A stretch of 64,000 nucleotides of DNA from positions 7,783 to 71,782 of the forward strand of contig JAGTQY010000005.1 in the NCBI GenBank assembly GCA_018396815.1. Reading direction: 5' to 3'. Of this stretch, positions 44,675 to 54,550 are shown in pieces (position 1 is the stretch's first letter; each line of letters opens with the position of its first letter). This DNA comes from Candidatus Bathyarchaeota archaeon (GTDB taxonomy: Archaea; Thermoproteota; Bathyarchaeia; 40CM-2-53-6; DTDX01). The notes under the pieces are model-generated. The model made no database searches, was not told where the DNA came from, and saw only the letters and a program-made list of their open reading frames with translations. The position numbers were made by a program, and so were the translations under genes.

Positions 44675-46960
44675 ATGAAAAAATATTTAGGTAAAGAGTT
44701 TACAATTTTTCTAACAATTCTCTCTTTGATTTTCACTTTTCTTTATAGAAATCTGTCAGTAAGATCTATGTGGGCATATAGCGACTTGCCCGCTTTTAAC
44801 TATGTTAATACTGTTCACAACTTTTTATCATCATGGAATTCACAGTTTTTAGGGTATCGTTATGAAGGATCATCAGTAATTCTTATAGTTCTGATACAAT
44901 TCTTAGTTAAGAACGATATAGTTGCGCAAAAGGTTTATTTTCTTTCTATTCTACCTTTGTCAGCCATCACGATGTATATCTTTACACGAAATTGTTTTAA
45001 CTCATTTTTAGCAAAAATTTTTTCTTCTCTTCTCTATGCTATTAACCCTGTAACTATTGGTGAGTTTCATAACGGATCATTATGGATGATGACTTATGCG
45101 CTTTTTCCGCTTATGTTGCACTTTCTGTTTAAGATTTACGAGGATAACGATATAGAAGCTGTCATTTTACATGGCATATGTGTTTCAATTCTAATTGGCT
45201 TACATGTAGGTCCTCTCTGGATCTTGCTCTGGATGCTCTCACCCACTCCTTTTCTAATATTCTTTAAATTTCTTTATACTCCCCGGAAGTGGTCAAGGTC
45301 AATTCTAAAAAAATCAACTCTTATTTTAGCTTTTGTTTTAATAGGTTTTACTTTACTTTTGCCAACAATTTATCATGTTTTATTCATACAATCTTCCGCC
45401 ACTCGACCCCAATCTATAACCCTTTATTTTAAAGATTTGAATTATTGCTACTCGAAGGCTACCCCACTAAATCTACTCCGGCTAGTTGGTAACGCTGGAT
45501 CACCAATTGATAAAATGGGTTATAATAATACTGCTTGGTGGACTACTCCGGGAATAATTATACCTATTATTACTTTTATACCTTTAATTAATAGAAAAAA
45601 TTTAAAGCGATTTGATCTGATCTTTTATTTAATAATATGCCTAATAATACTTTTCATTTTTTTTACATATGAAGGGATTACTTATCCTTTATTTATCAAA
45701 CTCCCTTTCCTTTTCTCTCTACGTAACCCCAAATATCTTATGTACCCACTAACCTTTTGTGTAAGCTTAATGTTTGGAAGGGGTTTAGAGCTCCTGTGCA
45801 AGTTAATACAAAAATCTAAATTTCTGAATGCGAGGAGCCTGATGCTCTTCCTTCTATTTATGACGGTTAGTGGTAGCTTAACTATATATGCATATCCCAT
45901 ATGGGATGGAAAGATAGGGGGAAGAAGCGCTTATGAAATACCACAAAGTTATTATGAAATTGTAAGCATACTTGAGAAGAGAGAGGGAGTAGAAGATTTT
46001 AGAGTTCTTTGGTTACCATATACTTATCAAACTCAGGTACGTATTGTAAGCATTATTAATCATTTTGGAGCACGCTTAGGCCAAGACGTTCTAAACACAT
46101 CTAACGTAGAATTAGTTGAAGATTTATTTAGAAGGATTGAATGTGGTAACTCTGAGAAATTCTCGGAGATTATCGGACTCTTAAACATCAAGTATATAGT
46201 TATAGATAAAACACAAGTCTCAGATGAACCTATAAAAGTCTACATAGAACGGGGGGCTCCATTCATAAAAGGTAACCCAGAAATATTCGATAGATTTATG
46301 AGCAAACAAAATAATTTCTTAAAAATTTTTGAAAGTGATAAATTTAGCATATACAAAAACAGTTTTTATTTACCTTATCTATCTATAGTAAACCTATCTG
46401 AATTGACGGATGAAGTAAATAACCGAAAGTCGTTGATTGAATATCTTTCCAATCACCGTAGTGAAGAGAATGAGTTGTATTTTCTTAACCTCTTTAGTCC
46501 TATTAGTCACTATGACCGAAATAGAGCAATCACTTTTAAAATAAATATTACTGAACCATCATACATAGTATTGGCAGAATCATATCATCCAGAGTGGATT
46601 GCCTATGCTAATGGAGAAGAGCTATTACATATAAGAGCAGTTGGATGGGCTAATGGGTTTTTTATAACCGTTGCTGGTGAGTATGAAGTTGAAATATTGT
46701 TTCAACCACAAAAGACTAGAGAGTTACTGATAAGAGTGTGGCTACTTGCGTGGGTGGTCATCGTAATTATACTGGGTTCTCTTCTTTTCAAGAGAATTCT
46801 CTGCTTTGAGAAGAAGCATGGAACGATTGTGTCTATCCAGAAGTCGCATAGAAGAAAAATACGTTATATTAAAACGAATTTTCTAGACTGTAGAACTTTC
46901 TTTTCACAAAATAGGCGGAATCCCTTAGGTCCGAATACGAGACGTTTTAACAAGATATAA
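44675..46960 (+). CDS. large polytopic membrane protein with extracytoplasmic C-terminal domain and terminal TM anchor; candidate GT-C-like glycosyltransferase/polymerase
   Basis: About 12 N-terminal TM helices, then a roughly 270-aa soluble region, then the helix LLIRVWLLAWVVIVIILGSLLF. I saw no AglB WWDYG motif. Confidence 0.45.
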   Translation: MKKYLGKEFTIFLTILSLIFTFLYRNLSVRSMWAYSDLPAFNYVNTVHNFLSSWNSQFLGYRYEGSSVILIVLIQFLVKNDIVAQKVYFLSILPLSAITMYIFTRNCFNSFLAKIFSSLLYAINPVTIGEFHNGSLWMMTYALFPLMLHFLFKIYEDNDIEAVILHGICVSILIGLHVGPLWILLWMLSPTPFLIFFKFLYTPRKWSRSILKKSTLILAFVLIGFTLLLPTIYHVLFIQSSATRPQSITLYFKDLNYCYSKATPLNLLRLVGNAGSPIDKMGYNNTAWWTTPGIIIPIITFIPLINRKNLKRFDLIFYLIICLIILFIFFTYEGITYPLFIKLPFLFSLRNPKYLMYPLTFCVSLMFGRGLELLCKLIQKSKFLNARSLMLFLLFMTVSGSLTIYAYPIWDGKIGGRSAYEIPQSYYEIVSILEKREGVEDFRVLWLPYTYQTQVRIVSIINHFGARLGQDVLNTSNVELVEDLFRRIECGNSEKFSEIIGLLNIKYIVIDKTQVSDEPIKVYIERGAPFIKGNPEIFDRFMSKQNNFLKIFESDKFSIYKNSFYLPYLSIVNLSELTDEVNNRKSLIEYLSNHRSEENELYFLNLFSPISHYDRNRAITFKINITEPSYIVLAESYHPEWIAYANGEELLHIRAVGWANGFFITVAGEYEVEILFQPQKTRELLIRVWLLAWVVIVIILGSLLFKRILCFEKKHGTIVSIQKSHRRKIRYIKTNFLDCRTFFSQNRRNPLGPNTRRFNKI

Positions 46961-47554
46961 CTAAGCAAAATAAGTCAAAATAGCTAAAGTTAAATGGCAT
47001 ATTGTTCGATTATAGTTGAAAGTAAATTCGCTATCATCCAGATATATGAGCACAAAACATAATTTCTTTACGATTAAAAAGATGCTGATCGTTTAACACA
47101 TTTTATCCTCAATCGAAAGTTAGGTATATCCACAGCTTTTACTACTTAAAGCCCGAAGGTTAAAGGATCTTCAACAGGTGATTCAAGAAAGCCTATTCTG
47201 AAAGCTTTATACCTTAAAATAGTTTCAGAAGCCGCCTCTCAACTTCTAAAGCATTTAAAAGAAGCAATTTTATCCTATATAACCTAAAATTCACGATGTA
47301 AGAGCTCTAATACTCTTCTTCAAACCTTTGGTGCAGAGGTTTTTTCGTTACCAGCTTTAACTGAAGGCCTAACGGAAACAATTTCTGAAAGAGAAAAATT
47401 AGAGAAGAACGCGAACATCTAAAATATTGAGCTTAAAAACCTAAAGAAAGCCTCAATAAAGCTAAGCAAATAATCGAGGAAGCTAAACATTAAATGCATC
47501 CCAATAGTTTAACCACGCGATAACTTTAAGGGCTTTAAATGATAAACAAAAAAC

Positions 47555-48619
47555 TTACTTTTTAACCAATGTATTCCTTAATGCAAGTAATGAAGCGAAT
47601 ATCGTGGCTCCCGTTAATACAGTTGGCATAGCTGAAAAGTAGACTAGTGTGTTGAAGGCTAAAAGGCTTAAAGCAACTCTAAGTGGAAAGCTAATCTTAG
47701 GCAAATGCTTCACTTTCAAATTCTCCCATATAAGATTAACTACACCTATAACTAAAGCGAAATAAGTTAAAATTGCTAATTGATTAGCGAATTGCTCAAG
47801 TCCTGCGGAAAGCGTAAAAGCAGCAGCTATTAAAATGCATATGCCTGAAAAAACAAACTTTTGCCCAATTGAGAAAGCGCTAATCGTTTCGCTAATTTTA
47901 GCTTCAGCTAAAAGCATAAGTATGCCAAGCTTTCTAGCTGTTAAGCTTCTTAAAGCCGGCAGCTCCATGCCAATAGAAAGCGTGAATTCCCCTAGTCTTA
48001 AACAAGCCTTAAATCTTTTTTTAGGTAAAGGTTTTCTTAAGGCTTCTATGCCAGTGTAAGCTATGAAAATTGAAAAGCATAAAGCAACCATTGAAAATAA
48101 TGAAACGATTAAAGGAGCAATAAAGAAAGTCCTAGAAGGCTTAATGTAAACGATTATAGTTGCAGGCGGAAGCGAAGCAATGGAAGCTGGCTTCGCTACA
48201 AGCTCTAAAGCGAAAAAACCTGGCGGTATAGCCATAGGCATAGTTCTTTCAATCGTTATTCTTTCAGGTTTTCCAGGATTAAAAACTCTTGTTGAATAAT
48301 CCTCAACCTTCATGGCTTGAATGCTGAAAAGGGATAAAGCCTTAACCTTTAACGAGAAATCTATCCGATTAATGGGTTGATCCCTAAGGTTTAAAACATC
48401 TATGTAGAAAACAGCTTTCTCCCCGGCTGAATAGTAAGGTTTAATAGATGAAAAAGTTAAAGTTACGCCTTCAAAGCTTACAGTTGATGAAGCTTCTGCC
48501 TTAACGCTTGATAAACCAGCTTGAACATAGGAAAATGCATAAATAGCTTCAAAGGCAGAGGAAGCGATAAATAAACTGAGAAGCAGTAAAGAAAGGGGCT
48601 TAAAATGCTTTATTTGCAT
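47555..48619 (-). CDS. membrane protein: signal/anchor, extracytoplasmic beta-rich domain, C-terminal multi-TM region
   Basis: Hydrophobic N-terminus LSLLLLSLFIASSAF, a roughly 130-aa non-hydrophobic segment, then about 5 TM helices. I recognise no family. Confidence 0.4.
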   Translation of the reverse strand: MQIKHFKPLSLLLLSLFIASSAFEAIYAFSYVQAGLSSVKAEASSTVSFEGVTLTFSSIKPYYSAGEKAVFYIDVLNLRDQPINRIDFSLKVKALSLFSIQAMKVEDYSTRVFNPGKPERITIERTMPMAIPPGFFALELVAKPASIASLPPATIIVYIKPSRTFFIAPLIVSLFSMVALCFSIFIAYTGIEALRKPLPKKRFKACLRLGEFTLSIGMELPALRSLTARKLGILMLLAEAKISETISAFSIGQKFVFSGICILIAAAFTLSAGLEQFANQLAILTYFALVIGVVNLIWENLKVKHLPKISFPLRVALSLLAFNTLVYFSAMPTVLTGATIFASLLALRNTLVKK

Positions 48620-48834
48620 CCTTAAACCTCTCTTAAATCTAAAGCTTAATTTTTTAATTTATTAGCTTTAACGTATAACCTTTAAGAATTTCGATATATT
48701 TATCAATTCCTTAAAATCTGCCTTTAGGATGCGCTTTTAAATTTTATTCTCAATAAGTAAATCTTACAGCAAATTTAAATAAATTAAAGCGCTTAAACAT
48801 TTATTAAGATGCATGTTTGCTGAAGGAGAAAATT

Positions 48835-50148
48835 ATGAGCAAAAAAACCATCCTGTTAATATGCTTTCTATCGCTTCTATGCGAAATGGTTGTCCAAGTA
48901 GCTGCCTATCAAGAGAGTCCTAAACTTTTAAGTATAGTTTATCCTCAGCGTGCTGAGGTTGGGCAATCTGCTCACATAAGCGTTACATTAATGCATGAAA
49001 AAACCTTAATTCCAACCGTAACCCTGTACTACGTCTACTTCATCAACCAAACAGTATTGGCTGGTGGTTGGAGGGTAAGCCAAGCGATGCTTGAATGGAC
49101 AAACGGTGAAGGCATAAGTATTTATAAGGCTGAAATACCGAACCAAGTGTACGCCGAAACCATTCCGTACAACTCGAAGGTCATTTTCTACTTAGAGGCC
49201 AAGGAACCATTTGGAGGAACTATTCTTACATGCGAAAATGCTACACGATGGGATCCTTACGTTCAATACGATAAATATTCATACCTGATCACGGATGAAA
49301 CGCCTCCAAGCATTTTAGAGGTAAGACTCGAGCCTAAAGACCTTACTGAGCTTGATGCTGCAAGCGTGACAGTTAGAGCTATGGATAACGTTTCTAGAAT
49401 CGCTAAAGTCGAGCTTAGTTACTGGGTTAAGGGCTTTGAGCAAGTTGAAGCCATGAATATCACTCAAATAGGGCTCTACATGGCGTCGATTCCGCCTCAG
49501 CCAAGCGGAACCAAAGTAACCTACAGCGTAAGAGCCTTAGATAATGCGGGGAACGAAGCCTCAGCTGGCCCCTTCTTCTATACCGTTGCTGTTAGCCCGT
49601 CTATCCAAATTCAGCAAGCTAAACGCGCTTTAACCTACATAGCGTTCGCTGCAGCTGTAATCCTTGTAGTGGCGATAGCATATTTATGGAGAAGAGGTTG
49701 GAGGCCCACGCTTAAACCTGAATGCATGCACCCTAAAGCCATGACTTCACTTATGCTTTTAACATTCCTTATAGCAGCCGTTATTTACTATCAACTTGCT
49801 CAGCTAGGCTCACCGCTTATAGGCTTATTGATAGCAGCTGGCGCTATAATCTCATGGATCCTTTTCGACCCGAGGATCATCATGCTTACCCCAAATAAGT
49901 TACGCTTGGATAAAACTCCTCCATTAACCTTAATAGCGGAAGGCTTAATTATAGCTTTTATAAGCATTATAGTCATTGCTACATCAGCCTTGTTAAGGTT
50001 TCATAGCTTAGCTCACGCATATACGCTTGCAGTTATAATCGGGAAGTATGTTGTTGGATTGATGGCTGCTGGCTTAACCCTTCAAGCTGTTTGGCCTCAA
50101 ATAAAGGATTTCAAATTCTTTATTGAAGTTGAGGAGCTTAAGGAGTGA
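48835..50148 (+). CDS. predicted surface protein with Ig-like domains and C-terminal multi-TM region
   Basis: Signal-like ILLICFLSLLCEMVVQVAA. A repeat-like pattern VTVRAMDNVSRIAKVELSYW...VTYSVRALDNAGNEA is typical of Ig/FN3-like surface domains. The ATG at 48835 has a GGAG 8 nt upstream. Confidence 0.4.
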   Translation: MSKKTILLICFLSLLCEMVVQVAAYQESPKLLSIVYPQRAEVGQSAHISVTLMHEKTLIPTVTLYYVYFINQTVLAGGWRVSQAMLEWTNGEGISIYKAEIPNQVYAETIPYNSKVIFYLEAKEPFGGTILTCENATRWDPYVQYDKYSYLITDETPPSILEVRLEPKDLTELDAASVTVRAMDNVSRIAKVELSYWVKGFEQVEAMNITQIGLYMASIPPQPSGTKVTYSVRALDNAGNEASAGPFFYTVAVSPSIQIQQAKRALTYIAFAAAVILVVAIAYLWRRGWRPTLKPECMHPKAMTSLMLLTFLIAAVIYYQLAQLGSPLIGLLIAAGAIISWILFDPRIIMLTPNKLRLDKTPPLTLIAEGLIIAFISIIVIATSALLRFHSLAHAYTLAVIIGKYVVGLMAAGLTLQAVWPQIKDFKFFIEVEELKE

Positions 50149-50192
50149 AGCCCACGATCGTTTAATTAACTGATAAAGGCAAGCGAGGTAAA

Positions 50193-51701
50193 TTGAAAAA
50201 CTTTTCTTCATCAGAAATGAAGATTCATTTAACCATAATCCTATGTTTAGGTTTAATCCTTTTGATAGTTCCTATTCCATTCGCTAGGCTTCAAGATGAT
50301 GAAGCCATTTATTACGTGAAGGCAAAAGAGTTAGTGGATAACCTTAAGATTCCAGTTCATAGAGGCTCAACTGTGGTGCCGTTTCTTCTTTGGGCTCCAG
50401 CCATCATGTTAAACGATAGCATTTTATCCATGCGCGTAGTAACAGCCTTATTAGTTATCTTAACGGCAATACTTGTATACTTTATTGCCTTAAAATTGTT
50501 CGATCCCTCTTCTGCCTTAACTTCATCTCTCCTCTACCTCTTCTTTTTTCAAGTTCTTCGCTTCGGGACAAGGGCTATGCTTGACCCTTTCGGAGCATTC
50601 TTTGCAGTATTATCTTTATTCCTCTTGATCAATAGGAAGCCAGCGCTTTCCGGCTCATCATTTTCCTTAGCCGCTTATAGTTATCAATTTTGGATACCCA
50701 TGTATCCTCTTTACCTCCTTCAAGCCTATAAGCGAAGACTCTCTTTGAAGCGTTTTCTATTAGCTTCTCTCCTGACAGCTTCAAGTCTTCAAACCTTAAT
50801 CTTCACTCAGCATGGCCTTGAAGCTTTAAAGTCCTTCATCGAAGTTGGTGGTCCAAGTTATGTTCTCTTAGCACCAAGCTGGTTAAGTTATTCAAACTTG
50901 ATGGGAATCCTTCAAGGATGGTTAGAATTCTCTGTATTCGCACTCCTCTCTTTAATTGGATTGCTTGTAGGCTTAAGATTGAATCCAGCTAAGTGGCTCC
51001 TTTCATTCGTGGCTTTACAATCCCTCTTTATTAGCCTTTGCCCCGACTTCGCTCTCTACGGTGGAGCAACCCATTACCCCTATGGGCTTTGCCCCCTTCT
51101 AGCCTTGGCAGGAGGCTATGGTCTCCCAACCGTCTGGTGTGCCTTAAAAAAAAGGGGAAGTAAAACCTACTCCATAATCCTCTTGGTCGTCCTCTTAATA
51201 CAGTTCCTTTTATTTAACTATTTAGCGACATCCCTTAGTCTTCGGGCTAAAGGAATCTATGATGTAGGCTATGAATATGATGTTAAAGCCATGGAGGCTT
51301 TAAGGGAGATGGATAATGGAGGGCTTATAATTGGGCAGACAACTCATGGGTTGCTAGTTGATAAAGATCGCTTTATATGGCGTGGATCCCTGGAATTAAA
51401 TCCTCAAATTTTTATGGCCTATAAAACGGATGTAACCTTTAAAGCGCCTCTACCTGAAACCTTGCGAGTTATCGAGATTGGTCCCTATGTGATAATAGGC
51501 GCACCTGAAGGAGAAAAATTAAGCGAGTACGTAAATTTCTCTCAAAGCCAACTGTGGGCCTTTAGAAGTTCATCGGTAAACGTGAACCTGCTGTTCACAG
51601 TCGTTGCAGCTACAATATCTTTAACCCTAATCTTAATCCTCTTCCTTGGACTAAGGATTAAGCCCCCTCTTGAAAATAAGGTTTCGCCTTCAATATTGTA
51701 G
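50193..51701 (+). CDS. GT-C-fold glycosyltransferase-like membrane protein (GT39/GT83, ArnT/PMT-like)
   Basis: The first loop carries RLQDDEAIYY (the DE motif position of ArnT/PMT-type enzymes). About 11 TM helices plus a soluble C-terminal domain and a terminal TM helix. Confidence 0.5.
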   Translation: MKNFSSSEMKIHLTIILCLGLILLIVPIPFARLQDDEAIYYVKAKELVDNLKIPVHRGSTVVPFLLWAPAIMLNDSILSMRVVTALLVILTAILVYFIALKLFDPSSALTSSLLYLFFFQVLRFGTRAMLDPFGAFFAVLSLFLLINRKPALSGSSFSLAAYSYQFWIPMYPLYLLQAYKRRLSLKRFLLASLLTASSLQTLIFTQHGLEALKSFIEVGGPSYVLLAPSWLSYSNLMGILQGWLEFSVFALLSLIGLLVGLRLNPAKWLLSFVALQSLFISLCPDFALYGGATHYPYGLCPLLALAGGYGLPTVWCALKKRGSKTYSIILLVVLLIQFLLFNYLATSLSLRAKGIYDVGYEYDVKAMEALREMDNGGLIIGQTTHGLLVDKDRFIWRGSLELNPQIFMAYKTDVTFKAPLPETLRVIEIGPYVIIGAPEGEKLSEYVNFSQSQLWAFRSSSVNVNLLFTVVAATISLTLILILFLGLRIKPPLENKVSPSIL

Positions 51702-51821
51702 ACAAGGCTTATTCAACAATTGGTTTAAGCCTCTAGCTTTAGGCAGAAATTTTAAGGGTGGAAGATCCTCGTTATTGCTCGGTAGCGGCGCCTCTTTGCT
51801 TATTCAAGTAGGCGTAATGAA

Positions 51822-52964
51822 ATGAAGATTGGTTTCTTCACGGACCTGTTTTACCCTTACATAGGTGGGGGAGAGGCTTACTTAATTAATTTAGAAACTC
51901 GTCTGGTTAAAGAGGGGTTGGAAATAGTTCATTTAACCACTAAATTGCCAAGAACGAAAAGTTTTGAAGTATATGAAGGAATAAAGATTTTTCGTTTGCC
52001 CGGATTAATCCAGGATTTCATGAAGGGGCGCTTCATTTTCCCATTTTTATCACTAATAAAATCTAAAATTTTCAGGGATGTCGATCTAATTCATGTAACG
52101 ACTTATCCTGCGAGTATTACTGGTTGGCTGCTTGGAAAGGCCCTTAATAAACCTACGGTGCTTTTCTGCCATGAATTCTTTAGGGGTTTTTGGAGGTATA
52201 TGCGGGTCAACCCTCTAATTAAGAAAATATATCCACTTATCGAAGATTATATAGGCAGATGTCCATACGATTGGTTCATCTGTCCATCCAAGTTCTCTAA
52301 GGAAACGATGGTTGATGCAGGTGTCCCTGAGGCAAAGATAACAGTAGCTTATCACGGCATCGATCCAATCTTTAACCCAAACGCCGATGGACAAGCCCTA
52401 AGAAGGAGGTTAAGGCTGGAGGATAAGTTGGTTTTCGGGTTTAGCGGGAGATTATCTGACTTCGGACAGAAAGGCATACCTTATCTTCTTGAAGCAACCA
52501 GATTTATAATCAAGAAGTTGCCAAATGCGGTCCTTGTCTTAGGAGGTTCAGGTTTCGAGAAAATAAGTCCCCTCATTAAGCGAATGGGTTTAGAAGGTCA
52601 CGTTATTTACGCAGGTCATAGACCATTTAAGGAAGTCCCTAGGTTTTATGCAATGTGTGACATCGTAGCCGGCGCCTCCATAGCGGAAGGATTTGGATTC
52701 ATGTATGCAGAAGCCTCACGTTGCGGAAAAGCGGTGGTTGCGACTAGCGCCGGCTCCATACCTGAAATAATCATTCATGAAAAAACTGGAATATTAGTTC
52801 CGCCTAGGGATTCTAAAGCTTTAGCTGAAGCAATAACGGAGTTGTTAACAGACAAGGAGAAGGTTAAAGAAATGGGCATAAGAGGTGTGGAATATACGAA
52901 AAAGTTCACATGGGAAGCTTCCGTTAAAAAGCATTTAGAAGTCTATGACCGCTTGATGGAGTGA
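51822..52964 (+). CDS. GT4 glycosyltransferase
   Basis: MKIGFFTDLFYPYIGGGEAY N-terminus and EGFGFMYAEASRCGKAVVATSAGSIPEII. Confidence 0.85.
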   Translation: MKIGFFTDLFYPYIGGGEAYLINLETRLVKEGLEIVHLTTKLPRTKSFEVYEGIKIFRLPGLIQDFMKGRFIFPFLSLIKSKIFRDVDLIHVTTYPASITGWLLGKALNKPTVLFCHEFFRGFWRYMRVNPLIKKIYPLIEDYIGRCPYDWFICPSKFSKETMVDAGVPEAKITVAYHGIDPIFNPNADGQALRRRLRLEDKLVFGFSGRLSDFGQKGIPYLLEATRFIIKKLPNAVLVLGGSGFEKISPLIKRMGLEGHVIYAGHRPFKEVPRFYAMCDIVAGASIAEGFGFMYAEASRCGKAVVATSAGSIPEIIIHEKTGILVPPRDSKALAEAITELLTDKEKVKEMGIRGVEYTKKFTWEASVKKHLEVYDRLME

Positions 52965-53411
52965 CGTGAAAATAGTAAACTTCAATTGCTCCATGGCTTC
53001 TTGAAAATTATAAGCCCCTTTATAATTAAATTGGATTATTCTAACTTAGCTGAGTTCAGAGGGTTGTATGGCTTGAAAATTAATGGAAGCTTTTAGGGTC
53101 TTTGTTGGAGGGTACTCAAGGAACTTTAGACACCCGTGATAAATCTTGGTGGAAGATTCATTGTCTATTTCCACTCGATAATCAAGGATGCTATTAAACT
53201 TTTACCGACAGATAGCCCTCTAAAGGATTCAATTTAACTCCCTATAGGAAGGTGAAACGATAATTCAATATGAAGACTTGATAATATTAGGGCTAAATTC
53301 AGGCTCCAATAACAGGCACAGCTTCCTTAAAAGGAAGATTCTCCTCCATAAAAATCCTTGCTAAGGCTCCTCTTCTAAGCCTTTCATGAAGACCCTTAGC
53401 TTCTATTGGCG

Positions 53412-53734
53412 TCAGCAGGGCTACAGTCTCACGGTGACTTAGCAAACCTTAACAAAAGGAATAGTAAAGCCTAGGCTTATATCATCTTGCAGGCTCGGAT
53501 AGAGTTTCAAGATATGAATTCGCAATTAAATTAGCTGAAGAATTTAATTTAAATAAAGATTTAATTAAAAAAGCTAAGTTAAGCGAAATGAGTTGGATAG
53601 CTAAAAGACCAAGAGACTCTTCCCTCAACGTTTCTAAAGCTGAAAAAACATTTAAAGAAAAACCTATGAAGTTAAAAGAAGCGTTAAAAACATTAAAAAA
53701 CGAGATAATTTTTAATTGCAAAAATATTAATTAA
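53412..53734 (+). pseudogene. C-terminal remnant of dTDP-4-dehydrorhamnose reductase (RmlD/RfbD-like)
   Basis: LGLYHLAGSDRVSRYEFAIKLAEEF...AKRPRDSSLNVSKAEKTF...LKEALKTL matches the RmlD C-terminus. There is no N-terminal Rossmann part, and the frame breaks near 53470. Track ORF 53482-53721 (-) is its antisense shadow. Confidence 0.6.
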
Positions 53735-53857
53735 AAAATTCTTAATAAGCCTTTTAAGGCGATAATGCGTCTTTTAAATGGTTATCGCTAAGAAAACTAT
53801 TTTATTTTAAGAAATATTTATAAAATGTTTTACAAAATGTATGATTTAGGTGAATGC

Positions 53858-54073
53858 ATGTCGTCAACATTTACTGTGCGAATTTCTAAAGAGCTTAAAG
53901 AAAAAATGCAAAAGCTTCCTATAAAATGGAGTGAAGAAATTAGAGGTTTTATTGAAAGTAAGATTAAGCAACTTGAGCTTGCAAAGAAAATTGAAAGCAT
54001 AAAGGTGAAAGCTGAAAAAAGAAAAGTAAAAATAGATTCAACAATTTTGATAAGGGAGGATAGAGAACGTTAA
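53858..54073 (+). CDS. vapB: VapB-type antitoxin
   Basis: MSSTFTVRISKELKEKMQKL...WSEEIRGFIE pattern. The ATG at 53858 has aggtga upstream. Confidence 0.65.
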   Translation: MSSTFTVRISKELKEKMQKLPIKWSEEIRGFIESKIKQLELAKKIESIKVKAEKRKVKIDSTILIREDRER

Positions 54074-54505
54074 TTCAATAAAAACTTAATTTTAGATTCT
54101 AATATACTTATAAAACTTGTTATAAATGAGCCAGGCTCAGAAAAGGCTGAAAAATATATTAAGGAGGCCTTAAGAAAAGGTTGTAGCATATATACTGTTG
54201 ATATAGCATTAGCTGAATGCTTAAACACTTTATGGAAGCATGCTAAATTGCATAAAGATTTAAAAGAGGAGGAAGCAAAATCCGCAGCTCAAGATTTAAT
54301 AGAAATTTATGATAAATTAAACATTTTTACAACTAGAGAAGTTTTTGATGAAGCAACATCATTAGCCTTAACTTGGAACATAACAGTTTATGATTCAATT
54401 TATATAGCTGCAGCAAAGAAGATTAAAGCCATTTTATATACTGCAGATCAAAAACTATATAATACATTAAAAAATATTGTAACATTTGAGCTCTTAAGCC
54501 TTTAA
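54074..54505 (+). CDS. vapC: PIN-domain toxin VapC whose conserved N-terminus lies upstream of any canonical start codon
   Basis: The frame is open from 54074 (FNKNLILDSNILIKLVINEPGSEKAEKYI...). It contains the first catalytic Asp motif LILDSNIL, but the first ATG/GTG/TTG in frame is at 54248. Confidence 0.6.
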   Translation, partial: FNKNLILDSNILIKLVINEPGSEKAEKYIKEALRKGCSIYTVDIALAECLNTLWKHAKLHKDLKEEEAKSAAQDLIEIYDKLNIFTTREVFDEATSLALTWNITVYDSIYIAAAKKIKAILYTADQKLYNTLKNIVTFELLSL

Positions 54506-54550
54506 CAATAAAATCTTTTAATTCTCTCAAATCCTAAAATACGTGTATAA

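Noticed and set aside
46961-47554. 600-nt gene-free stretch after the 761-aa membrane protein gene, scanned for a decayed gene or RNA
   Set aside because: Only short coiled-coil-like snippets (for example ISEREKLEKNANI) interrupted by stops in every frame. I could defend no stable structure or family resemblance.
53482-53721. 79-aa minus-strand ORF
   Set aside because: The plus strand here encodes a recognisable RmlD C-terminus (SRYEFA...RPRDSSLNVSK). The minus ORF is its antisense shadow.
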